Assembly: GCF_964204645.1 (NCBI RefSeq)
Contig: NC_134034.1
Location: 2,993,814-3,057,813 of the forward strand
Source: Tubulanus polymorphus
Taxonomy: Eukaryota; Animalia; Nemertea
Direction of reading: 5' to 3'
DNA length: 64,000 nt
The number at the start of each line of letters is the position of its first letter. The first letter of the stretch is position 1. The position numbers were made by a program, and so were the translations under genes. The notes beneath the pieces were generated by a model. It worked only from the letters and a program-made list of their open reading frames with translations, had not been told where the DNA came from and did no database searches. Positions 18,405 to 29,800 of this stretch are shown here, piece by piece.

Positions 18405-19595
18405 GGGCTGATTAAGAAGAATTCTTCGAAGGGGTTGGACTTCAAAATTGGAATGGGCATTCAATTTGAAATGGGCAGATTTAGAAACGCGAGAGCTTCA
18501 CACGCGAAACTTTAGTAGCCGCGATCATACGAGCGTTTTTGGCCAGGAACAACTGTTCACACGGGTGCCCAATGGGCCCAAGCCTGTTTGGTACGACCAA
18601 AAACGTCGGACCAGGCCCGAGCCAAATTCTAGCACGGGACATGATTGCGTCTCAATCGCAACTGGTTCCGGAGATGACTCACTTCGCTTTGTTTGGGCCA
18701 AATTTGACTCGGGTCCGATCAGCGACAATTCGGCACGGGCCAGATCGTTCCTTGTGATCGCGGCTATTGGTGGGTTTCCGGAAGCCCTCCTCGAAACGGG
18801 CATTTTGACCCTTAGCAGGGTCCATTTGGATTTATATTTTCGTCTTCTAAAAAAATTTGTTTGCAAAAAAGATTCAGATCTTTTTGTGAGGGCCATTCGA
18901 ATTTTAAAGGGGTGGACTATTCCACCCGGTCCAGCCCCTAAATCCACCCTTGACAACTAAAATCCTTAGTAATCTCGTACATAAGAATGTCTGATATCTA
19001 TGAATAGCTAATAAGATATAGCGATATATCAATAAGTCGTTTGTTGTTTTGAAATTTTGTTGGATTTTCGTCAAATCGTGATGGTTTTCAAACCCCGTAA
19101 TCAGAAACGCGGTCGATGCGTCGCTGTACATCACACTTACTAATATCAAATCGATCGGAAAGAATAAAGCCTGATCGGGCAGTGGTCTGTGGCTGATAGC
19201 AGGAGGACACGCCCATCACTGTTCACGCCTACGGGTATCGATTTTCTCATCGAACAAGGTCAAGGTCGGAACCAGTGTCTCTCCCTGGTGTTTCCGCGTT
19301 GGTCATTTGTTTTTCTATCGCAGACGATCCTGTTAATACTGCTACACAAACCTGTCGCAGGTATTATGTCAGATAAGCCCGGGAACTATACGAACTACGA
19401 ACCATCAATAAAATCAATACATCAATACGTTCATTTCTAATGCCGACTAACAATCATTTATTTGCATTTTCAAACAAATGTTAATAATTTGACACAAACT
19501 TGAATCGTATATAGAACCAGGAAACCCGACACCTATCTTAGGACCATATACATCTTCAAATCTTAAGTGTAATGAGCTGTTCAAATACCCCTCAT

Positions 19596-20614
19596 TCATG
19601 CGGAATCATCCACAGATTCAGCGGGATTATCCGCATTATCAGCGGAATTATCCACAGATTCAGCGGAATTATCCACAGATTCAGCGGAATTATCCACAGC
19701 TTCAGCGGAATTATCCACAGATTCAGCGGAATTATCCACAGATTCAGCGGAATTATCCACAGCATCCGTTGCAGTGGTAACTGGTTTTTTCGAGAGCTGT
19801 TTCAAAGCCATTTTGAAAGCTTTTACATTTTTTACAAGATCTTTTACATTACTTCTTACGAAATTGATTATCAGCGATTTGCCTCGTTTTGATTTGAGGA
19901 TTTTTGGTAAGGGGCGAGGTAGTCGTGAATCCGGTGATCGTAAAACTTCCAAGATCTTGCTCTTGGTGATAGTATCGCAATCTACTATCATCAGTGGTGA
20001 TACGGCGTTGCCGTATAACTTACGAGCATCAGATAACGCCTGCAAAATAAAAACAAAAACACGATTGAAAATGCTATTTCTAGGTAAACACTTCACGTAC
20101 GACTGTAAATCCCGATTACAAGAATACTAGAGGTATTTCCGGTGATTTGTCTTTCCATGAGGATAGATACGTAGATAGAATGGGTAGACAGACAGACAGA
20201 AAGATAGACAGAGAGACGACAGAGATACGACAGACGGACAGACAGATCAGATAGAAAAGACAGGCAGCCTGTCAGGCAGATAGATAGATAGATAGACATG
20301 CATGCAGACATACAGATAAGACAGGCAGCCAGACTGACGACAGACAGATAGGCAGATAGACAGACAGACAGATTGACGGATAGACATATCGACAGACAGA
20401 TGACAGACAGATAGATGGATTCAACGAACTACACGTGGTATGATTGAACAAACGCTTTTAACGAGACGCGCTTGTCCTAATTTACTTTGCGACATAGAGG
20501 CTTCAATTCTTTACTTTTACTTTTATTTCTACTTCTTGCCTTCGCCGGATCAATGGCATCGGTTGAAACCAAGAAAACAGCCATAAAAACCACCAACAAA
20601 CTGATCAAATTCAT
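19596..20614 (-). CDS. Secreted cationic protein with acidic (VDNSAES)n tail, copy 1 (190 aa); unknown family
   Basis: Coding exons 20614-20486 (MNLISLLVVFMAVFLVSTDA|IDPAKARSRNKSKSKELKPLCRK, donor GTAAAT) and 20039-19596 (acceptor TTTTATTTTGCAG), phase 0 and open. AATAAA at 19462-19457. The ORF is conserved in the second copy. Confidence 0.82.
19605..19762. repeat. 21-bp coding minisatellite (ATCCACAGATTCAGCGGAATT)
   Basis: Encodes the VDNSAES-type units; copy number differs between paralogues. Confidence 0.93.
20165..20420. repeat. (GACA/GATA)n compound microsatellite (copy ~56790-57040)
   Basis: Direct reading; intronic. Confidence 0.9.
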
Positions 20615-20759
20615 GTTTTCTCCGGTAAACTGCAAGTAGATCATACGAGAATAGAGATTTGTCAAATGGATTTTTCCAAAGTTGATTCTACATATTAATC
20701 TACTAGATTTTTTCGATAAGAACGCCCAATAGATTAGTTCCTGGTTGCTAGAAAAAGAA

Positions 20760-21107
20760 TGGCTCCCGGTAGCACCAGAACTAGATACTGGCTCCCAGCA
20801 ACACCATAACTAGAGACTAGCTCCCTGCCGTACCAGCACCGAGAGACTGGTTCCCTGCCGCACCAGAACTAGAAACTGGCACCCTGCCGCACCAGAACTA
20901 GATACTGACTCCCAGCAGCACCAGAACTAGAGACTGGCTCCCTGCCGCACCAGAACTAGAGACTGGCTCCCAGTCGCACCAGAACTAGAAACTGGCGCCC
21001 TGCCGCACCAGAACTAGATACTGGCTCCCAGCAGCACCAGAACTAGAGTCTGGCTCCCTGCCGCACCAGAACTAGAGACTGGATCTCTGCCGCACCAGAA
21101 CTAGAGA
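20760..21107. repeat. 29-bp minisatellite GCACCAGAACTAGAGACTGGCTCCCTGCC (~12 units; ~20 units at 57383-57960)
   Basis: CACCAGAACT at 20861, 20890 and 20919 (period 29). Confidence 0.93.
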
Positions 21108-21125
21108 TGTTATAAGTGATCTTAT

Positions 21126-21208
21126 CTTGTGTGTTGAGATGTCTAAACGTGCTGTTGAAGCGACTGAGGAATGTCTCATTTTACGGATTGAATCTTGCGA
21201 GTTTTATA
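21126..21208 (-). promoter_or_regulatory. Putative TATA box and non-coding exon 1 of the secreted cationic-protein gene
   Basis: TATAAAA on the minus strand at 21208-21202. In copy 3 (58061-57979) the exon ends CAAG|GTAAGA, and an acceptor TCTACTTGCAG lies 15 nt before the ATG. Confidence 0.55.
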
Positions 21209-21854
21209 CATTTTCTGGCCTGAATAATATTTGAACAGAAGTTGCCAAACGGCTTCAGATTAAACAATTCACTGAACAATAGATTTAATACCATCGATTT
21301 ACAGGATCGATCGCTGCTTTGTTTGATTAATCTTTGGCGCCTGTATTTCTACCCGTATTTTGCTGGAAGTTTGAAGGACGGTCGTGGCGGTTATAAATTT
21401 TCATCCATACATGAATTAGATTAGTCGAATGTCCACAGTTTCAAACGTTGTGAACAGATAATAAGATAAAACCTGCTTTGTACGAATTGGATTTTCTTTT
21501 TTTTTTAACGAGAATCTATTCATTCAAAAAAATTAAACGAACATGATGTTTCAAATGATCTCACCCTAGAGATCACCGCTAGGCGTGATTACTTCCAGAA
21601 GGCTGCTGTAAATTTGAATTGAAGTTTTAGATATTAACCGAGCTGATATTCGACAAACTTGAGACTTCTCTTGCTGTTTCGCAGAAAACCCTTTTGATTT
21701 CCTCCGGATTATAAGCTTTATCGTTATCATTATTATTTTCCTTCCCTTTTCCAAGCAGATAATTCCCAAACGTCAGCATAAGGGTCCACACTACTTAGCG
21801 GATTTCTACAAAATATTTTAAGGATTTTACCTAACTTCCGTACCCAAAGTGGCT

Positions 21855-22330
21855 GTGGACTGTGGAACTGGGTCCACTGTAGAAGTAGGTCCATAACCGT
21901 AGAACTTGGCTCGAAGTAGGCGCAGAACTGTGAAACTGGATCCGCAAGGTCCGCAACTGTGGACCTGGGTAACTGGGCCGATCATGTAGAAGCAGATCTA
22001 GAAAATGTGGAACTGGGTCCTTAACTGTTTAGTTACGCCCGGATCTCGAACTGGGTCAATAAACTCAGTGTTGTCTAAAACTGTACTTGGGATAGGTAGA
22101 AGTAGATCCAGAACTATGGAACTGGGTCAACAAGAACTGTGGAACTAGATCCACAACTAGAGGTAGGTCCCGAACTGTGGAACTGAGTTCAGGGCTGTGG
22201 ATAGAACTGCAGAAGCAGACGAACAACGTGTGGAATTGAACCCAGATCTTTCAAAAGTGGATCTAGTTTTATTGAACTTGGTCCAGGATTGTGGAATCTG
22301 TGTTGAACTGAGGAATTTGGTCTCAACCTG
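21855..22330. repeat. Degenerate CTGTGGAACTGG-rich satellite related to 2095-2700 (copy ~58710-59180)
   Basis: Repeated CTGTGGAACTGGGTC/GGATC motifs. Confidence 0.7.
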
Positions 22331-23301
22331 AAAAAGCTGATGTTTTGACATAAAAATCTATTGCAACTCGTTTGTTTTCTGTATGCAGTTACATTGTCGA
22401 GAACTTGTTCAAATTGGGGGAAATTGGCGAACAGAAAACTTATTACGCCAATCCCCCCCCCCCACTTCCTCGGTAAAAATCAACATCCAGATTTCACAGC
22501 TATAATCTCGAACAAAATACTGCAATTGAATTCGTATGTTGAAAAACTTAGTTTTAAAAATTTTCCGGGGTATTTCTTTACAATTCACCTTGGATAGTGA
22601 TCCCTTGACCAAGCTACGTGCATAAAATGGACTAATCAAGCAACATGCACAAACAACAACATGCACAAAAAAAATTAGATTATCATACGACGTATAGTTT
22701 TGAAAATTTCTATGAAGAAATATATAGTTTGAATGATATGATGAATATGTATGTGCATATGTGTTTGCTAGATATTATTGTAGAAGTATCTATCTATTTT
22801 CATTTAGGTTTTTATACTTAAGTTGATAGAAAACCGAACCTAGGGGGATTTGTTTCAGGGGCGGATTTAGACCATGTGGACCGTGTGGCCCGACACGGTC
22901 GGAATTTTAAAGTGCCTTTTTATTTTTTCTTTGTATCAAAATTTGCCGTTGTAAGGTTGGTAAGGGTACTGTCTGATTAAACACTGGATCGTGTTCGAAC
23001 AATAATGTTTTTACTGCCGATATTTGAGTTTACACAGTTCACTTCTGTTATCTCTAGAACGCTAACACTATGTAGCCTATCCCATCATCAAACACACGAC
23101 CATTCAAACTAGACGTCACATTGCCAGTCGTCTGTTACTAGGCCTACTGATTACACATTGAACTCACACTAATTCTGAGAACTAGTGGTGTAGAATTCGA
23201 CCTTCAAACTCGATCAGCGAAAAAGATTTTCTGAATAACAAATGCAATTCGTACGCACGGTGTATGGTTTTATCAAACCACCACGGTGAATACAAGTTTT
23301 C

Positions 23302-23683
23302 CTGTAGATAAATGAGGAAATCCCACACTTCGAATTTTAAAATCATACGATCAAATTTATCATAATGAAACCACAACGTTTCGGCTGTTGACTAACAGCC
23401 ATCATCAGGTAGAATGACCAGAAAAACGAGTAACAAAGCATAAACTCGCAGGATCTAAAATAGAAGCAGTGTATCAAAACTAAAGATAAACAGACCAAGC
23501 ATTAAATGTTTATCTTTAGTTTTGATTCACTGTTTAGATCCTGCGAGTTTATATGCTTTGTTACTTGTTTTTCTGGTCATTCCACCTGATGATGGCTGTT
23601 AGTCAACAACTCTGTGGTTTCGAAATAATAAATTCTATCCTATAATTTAATTCGAAGTGTGGGATTTCTTTATTTATCTACAG
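23302..23683. mobile_element. Inverted repeat resembling Penelope-like element pseudo-LTRs (copy 60155-60536)
   Basis: ~190-bp inverted arms around a ~14-bp spacer (23493-23506), with a hammerhead motif in the arms. Confidence 0.7.
23371..23412 (-). ncRNA. Minimal type I hammerhead ribozyme (Penelope-type)
   Basis: The minus strand reads CTAC-CTGATGA-T-GGCTGTT-AGTC-AACAGCC-GAAA-CG-TT-GTGG. The core is conserved, with a 7-bp stem II, a palindromic ACGT stem III and a 4-bp stem I. Confidence 0.72.
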
Positions 23684-24618
23684 TATACACGGATTATAGT
23701 GTTTATTCGACAACTAAGTTTTCCTGTATTTATCATAATTTCCGGATTCTTGCGGTTCCTGGCATTTCAATCGGCATGATGTATAGTATTGTTAACCATA
23801 TTTCATCAGATTGCAAAATAGAATCACTAAAATTCAATAAAGTATCTTACAGTTTGTTTTCATGTTCTTGTATTGCAATGGTATTTTGATAATTTTTTGT
23901 CCCATTCAGAAATCGCTTCAGCTTTTCGGAAAGTTTCCGGAGATTTGTCATATCAGATTTGATTTTCCTAATCATTTGCTAGTGTCTTCTAATCAAATAA
24001 GATTTGCACAACAGAATAAATTTGACGACTTGTTCCTAAGACATTTTCACCAACGTGCTTTTAAAATGCACTGGGAAATAACATCATTCAGGGATTCAGG
24101 TTTTGACTCTTTTCTAAAGGATTTCAAGAATTGAACTGCGTGGCAGTTTCAATCCGACCACGATTTCTGTACAAAATTTCCCACTTGTGAACTAAGAAAA
24201 AAATAAGGCTTGGGGAATTTCTTTTTGCGATTTTTCAAACAAAATGTTTCAAAAAGTTTCACCACCTATCAGCGTTTGGCTCAGTGTCAATCAACGACTG
24301 TACAACAGCTCTCAAACTTTCTTTAGATTGGATATTCTATTAAATTCCTGATGAGTTGGCTTCCAAAGTCGGTTGGCGTCCCTAAAATTGGTACTATGTT
24401 ATGTTAATTTTGTCATAAAAGTTGTAATACTTAGACAATAAAGTTGTATACATTAAAATCGAAATTTTGTGATGCTGCTCCCTCGCGCATTTCAAACAGC
24501 AGCCACCGCGCATCCCGTGACGTAATACCAGCCTCTGAGGCATCGCGTCTAATCCTTAGCTCCCGAGGTTGTTTACGCAACTGTCAAAAATCGGAAATAA
24601 ATCAGAAACGACCTGAAA

Positions 24619-25885
24619 ATGCCGCGACTCGTCGAATGCGTGCCCAATTTCTCAGAAGGACGACATAAAGAGGTTAATATCGACTCATAAATAAGGAAGA
24701 TATTCGTGAGGTCGCTCTAATCAATCTGTTAAAAGTCTGAAAATACACACACCCCCCCAATTCAATTCAAATCAACATTTTTAGTCAGTTTCGGAATTAT
24801 ATACTGTCAAACTCGGGACCGTCGCGAGTTTGATAGTTTATAATTCCGAAACTAAAAAAGTCGAAATCCGTCCCGTTATGGTCAATCTATGGACAAATTT
24901 ATATCAATTAGGATGTTGAATTTGGATTTTGAGTAGAATTCATTGATCACTGTGACGTGATTGTGCAGTCTGAAAATGATCTGTGACTGTGTGGTGTGGT
25001 TTTTCGGACTGGAGCCGGATCGGATCAGTAAAAAGGCAGGACAGGGGGCTGATCTAGTGACTCCGATCTAGCCTAGGTTATTGAAATCTGATCAAAATAA
25101 ATTCATTTTCGATTAATTTTCTGCTCGGATCTCATTCGGTCTTCCGATCCGAAAATTAGGTGAATCGCGCATCGAAATTAATTCTGATTAGTCTTTACAG
25201 TTCAATGTGGCACGATTTTCATATATCATGCATAGAATTTGAGAAATTATTGTTAGATTTTAACCCTTTCAGTGCTGGCTAATTAATACCCTATAGTGCT
25301 GAAGATAATTTGAAAATTCTGAAAAATTCCACCCTAGTGCGTTGAATAACGGGAATAGCGCTATAGTGCGTCTACACCATGGCGCGGTGTATCATTAGTT
25401 ACTAATATTTCACTATGTTTGACAGGTGCTGCCATCTTTCAGGAGAGATAATTAGTAATTACTATTTAAATCAATACACCGCAGTGCGGTGTACTAGCAA
25501 AATCCATTACTGATTCGTAAACCGCGCTGCGGTGTAGATGCACTGAAAGGGTTAATGGAGTTTGAGAAAAATCTAGTGTAAACTTCTTACAGTACACTAG
25601 CGACACCTGGCGGATAATGGTTGAATTCACCTGCCGCAGTAGGAGCGTTGTCGGAGAGGTCTGCCCCACATCGAAACCGTCATTGTATTGTTATCATTCA
25701 GGTTGTCGAAGCTATTGCCGCGGCGATCCAATCAACGGATGGCTGTTCTCTTCTCGACGTCGACCCCGGCGCGTCGACCAACAGGACCGTGTACACGTTC
25801 GTCGGATCCCCGGACGCCGTTGTAGAGGGCGCTTTGAACGCGGCACGGGCGGCCGTTCAGCTAATCGACATGACTCGACATAGCG
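24619..25885 (+). pseudogene. FTCD: FTCD partial duplicate (exons 1-2 only), truncated by the duplication junction; can splice in frame to the TIMP-A last exon
   Basis: Exon 24619-24672 encodes [18 protein letters not shown] and exon 25702-25885 encodes [35 protein letters not shown]...IDMTRHS. Homology to the full copy stops at 26145. Confidence 0.88.
25264..25551. mobile_element. piggyBac-type MITE in FTCD intron 1 (copy 62074-62354)
   Basis: TTAA|CCCTTTCAGTGC ... GCACTGAAAGGG|TTAA. Confidence 0.88.
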
Positions 25886-26740
25886 GTACGTGTAGGCCTA
25901 CCTCTCTGATTAAACCCGCTTTAATTCCTGTTACATTAATCCTGATTTCGATCCGATGGGGATGTTACTTTTGTCCATTTGAAATACGGTGGAACTTCAG
26001 GCGCCGGTTGCACAGTCATGGCCTAGATTTAAAACCAGTCTAAGACTAACTTCATTCTATAGCCAATCTAACAACTTAAGACTAGTCTTAAGAATAAGTA
26101 AGTCTCTAGGGCCCATTTGCATAGAAGAAATACAAAAGTGGTCCTTTTTTAGTAAAACTATACCATAAAATCAGTGGGCGATGCCAATTTGAATTTGAAA
26201 CAAATACATTTGATGACTTGTTTGACAAAATTTCCGTTTGGGAGCCTAAAAATCAAGTTCTAAGTCCATTGGAAATGAACTAATTTTCACTATCTACAAC
26301 TGAGTTGCATTGTTGCGCCATCTGGTTTGTGCCGGTACCCCATCATTTTGTCAATTTTATTTCCTTATGTCTGTACGTCTGTTAAAACGTTCAATAATGT
26401 GACATTTTTCCATGAAGAATTTCAATTTCAAAATTTCCAGGTTTATTAGTCGACTCTTTGGGACACCAGATGGCACAACGATACACTCAGTAAGGTTATC
26501 TTAAGTTTTAGTTTAGGGGACTAAAGAATTCGGAAATGAACTTGGAATTGATTGTATCGTAGTGCCATCTGGGGCCGGTATTTCAAAAGTTGTTTAGCGT
26601 TAACCAATGGGGATAGCTGACATCGCCGGTTGCCTTTTAACCAACTGTTGATCAACTGACCCTTGGCGCGTAAGCTTGTGGTGTCGATACCGCGTTAAAG
26701 ATTGCTTTAAAAATAAGCGACGTTTTTTTGTGATTTATAG

Positions 26741-26808
26741 GAAGTTATGACGCAACGAGCAGCAGAGCGAACATAGGCTCGTGTCAATATTATACCCAAG
26801 TAAGTTAA
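26741..26808 (+). pseudogene. Orphan last exon of TIMP-A
   Basis: Acceptor TTTATAG|GA AGT TAT GAC...CAA GTA AGT TAA; the upstream TIMP-A exons are absent from this copy. Confidence 0.85.
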
Positions 26809-29800
26809 TCGATAATTCCCAAGGGAGCCGATTGAAGAAAAGAAAATGCAGTTACAATGACCGCGGTATCTATTACAAAGAATTGCCTGTCATCTGAATA
26901 GTTAATAAGATATAGTGATATATCCATAAGTCGTTTTCTATTTTGTATTTCTGTGGGATTTTCGTCAAATCGTGTTGGTTTTCACGCCGGTTAATCAGAA
27001 CTTCAAAACTCGGGTTAAAACGCGTCGCTGTTCGTCACAATTATCGACTTCAAATCGATCGGGTCAATACGCGCTACATATCTCTTTAAGCGAAGGAAAA
27101 GCCGACAAAATCTCCGGGATCTGTCCAGCTGGGGTGCAGTACGGCATAGTATTAACTAAAGGTAAATTGCGCGCGCATCGTCTGCGTGTTGAGTCTCGTT
27201 CTCGATCGTTTATCGATCCAACGCGATCAAGTCGCGACGCGTTTTAAAACCGATACATCTATGTGCGGTACAGGCGTTTCATTCCTTTCCTAGACGCCGA
27301 TCATTTCCCGTTTCGCAAACATAAAAGAAGCGGAATACGAACAAACTTTAACGATGTCAGGCTAATGGTGAGCTGTTCCGCGTATAAGTAGAAATTACGT
27401 TCGTCGACCACAGGTCCGTGGAAGTTATTGAAAAGGAGACGGTCGCCTTAGAACACGTATCATAATTTTGCTCCGTGAAATCATGGCCTTCTAAAACCTC
27501 TTGTAGTTTTGAAAAAAAACCCTGCGCAATCGTAAGAACGCAATTAAGAGTTTTGACGTTTGGACCGAAATACTTGCTCCGTTTTAAAAAAGACTTCGTA
27601 CGTCAAACTTTTCTTTATTTCGCGTTTTCGTCGATTCACTTCTCAGTGGTTTTCTAGACATTGGTGTCTGGTTTACACAGTTTTTTTCCTGTGCTTTTAA
27701 ACATCGGTCGAATATCGATGGTGAATTCACTGATCGGTTGTCACGTCTACGAATATTTGTCGAATTCCCTGGCTGCTTGCAGTTCCTGATAGTTAGCCAT
27801 ATCTGCATCATTCACCCGTCAAGGGATTCGAACCCACTACGCTAAAGCTGTTAGCCGAACCCCTTGACCTCACGAGTCGTTGGAGTCGTTACTAGCCGAC
27901 CAGAATCCGGTCGTACCAATCACAGCGCTTGTAACAAACCGTCAGTAGACTTCTGTTGGTTTTCCCGTTAAATTGACCAATCAGCGAACGTCTTACCGAA
28001 CAAGGAAGTATTTCGCAAATCGATATATGACGTCACGCGCAACAGCGCCAGTAATGAAATCACGCTTCGTGAGGCCAGGGGGCTGGTGGAAGCGAGTTCG
28101 GGAGTGATACCGGACCCCTGGCAAGCGAGGATGCCATATCTGTAAAACGCGCGGCAATTGTGCTCTTCCCGTTCACAATTCAATTCAATTCAATTTAATC
28201 TTTATTGCACCGTAATATATTAATGACATTATTGGCTTTTCACAATAAAGAGGAGAACAAGAATCAAGTGTCAAAACGAAGAGTACATGTATAGTATATA
28301 TATATATCGGAAGATGAAAGAACCAGATAAAATTTGTAGCAGTCTCTATACAAATATGATAAGAAGATAAGCAGATACACTATAATAGTTTTTCGATACT
28401 ATGCCGACTATGATCCGACAGTCCGAGACTGTTCATATGATTACATCCCGTTTGACATGTACACCGATATTCGCCCGAAGCGCCGTTTATATTATTTTCG
28501 GTATCGATACATTGGTCTTCCCCGGGGTACTTAGCAAGCAGTAATAACGGATTTTTCTGACGATTTGGATGTTACTGTGAGATATTTTAAATATTTCTTT
28601 TTTTCAAATACAAGTCTATATTATAGAAAAATAGAAATACGACATAGAATTGACAAATTTCCGACTTAGGTCTCGAAAGAAATTATGAGTGAGCTCTATT
28701 ACAAAAGACGGCGTATATATAGTTTTCTGCAATAATTGGTTGTAATATACGTAATATTTGTATTCTGCACGATAATCACCACCCGCGTTTTAATTCTGCC
28801 TTCATCGGTGATAATCGTATCAAATTCTGTTATAAACATCCAGTTATTAAGAAGTTCAGAGATGGTTTCGACTGAAACAGAAAACTAGGAAATGGAAACG
28901 TACGACAAGCAGTAACGCTTGTTTCAGTTTCACTCGCATTAGCGCAATGTTCGCATAACCAAACGCTGTTGCTGCGTTCGTACATACCTCGGAGCAAAGA
29001 CTTTTCCTTTAGAAATATAAGGCTAAAAAAATTGATACCTTGTTTCGCTGAGCTTAAATGTTGACCCGGCCGGCTGCCTATCTACCCTATACATTACTTT
29101 TTTTTTAAATCGTGATCAATTTTACCATAACAGACTCGGCCGCTATAGAAATGAACTGTTTATAAATTTTATCATATTTTACAAAAATGACCAGGCCGCT
29201 GCGGAGAAACAAGGTATCATTTTTGTTTAGCCTAGTCAGTCGTTTTGTGTAACCATTCAATTCAATTTCTACATCTTGGGACGTTGAATTCGCGGTTTTA
29301 TTCCGAACACGAATCCGCAGTAGAAATTCAGTCAAATGAGTTGTTAATCGTTCACTCTGGTATCTGTTGCGGTATTTACTTATCATCAGTATAAGGCCAT
29401 TTCTCTGACACGCCACATTAGGGTATAATTAGGGTAAAAACCTCATAATTGGAAATCGACCAAAATGATTTATGAAAAATGTAAAAAAAAGTTGGGCTAC
29501 AGTGATAACTGAATTGGTTCCTTGAATATTTTCTACATGCATTTCTCGGTGATGTTAAACATCCATCCGGCGACTTGAGTCGGTCGATGATATCGGAATT
29601 CGTTTTGCACACGTGTTACAAACTGTCGGTCAAATACTAAGTTGCGACATGTGCTGGGATTCAGTTGTCTGAGCCTCTTCAATTTCTCGATTTTGACGTT
29701 GTCGTGGCCGTTGTTTAGATAAAGCGTGGTCGACGCAATCGCCACAGTCGAGAATTAGTTGTGACACATGTTTTCAATTGTCGAAACCTATTGACGACTC

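Noticed and set aside
18448-18960. 170-aa and 143-aa overlapping ORFs (also 33810-34322)
   Set aside because: They lie in a repeat-like insertion in the TIMP-B 3' region, have no recognisable domain and are disrupted by a deletion in copy 3.
20760-21107. 29-bp repeats as a CRISPR array
   Set aside because: They are head-to-tail units without unique spacers, in a eukaryotic intron, with no cas genes.
24347-24385. CTGATGA followed by a weak hairpin
   Set aside because: There is no GAAA after the stem, so it is not a hammerhead.
23700-24400. Possible degraded Penelope ORF on the minus strand
   Set aside because: It has multiple stops and I can recognise no RT or GIY-YIG motif; left unannotated.
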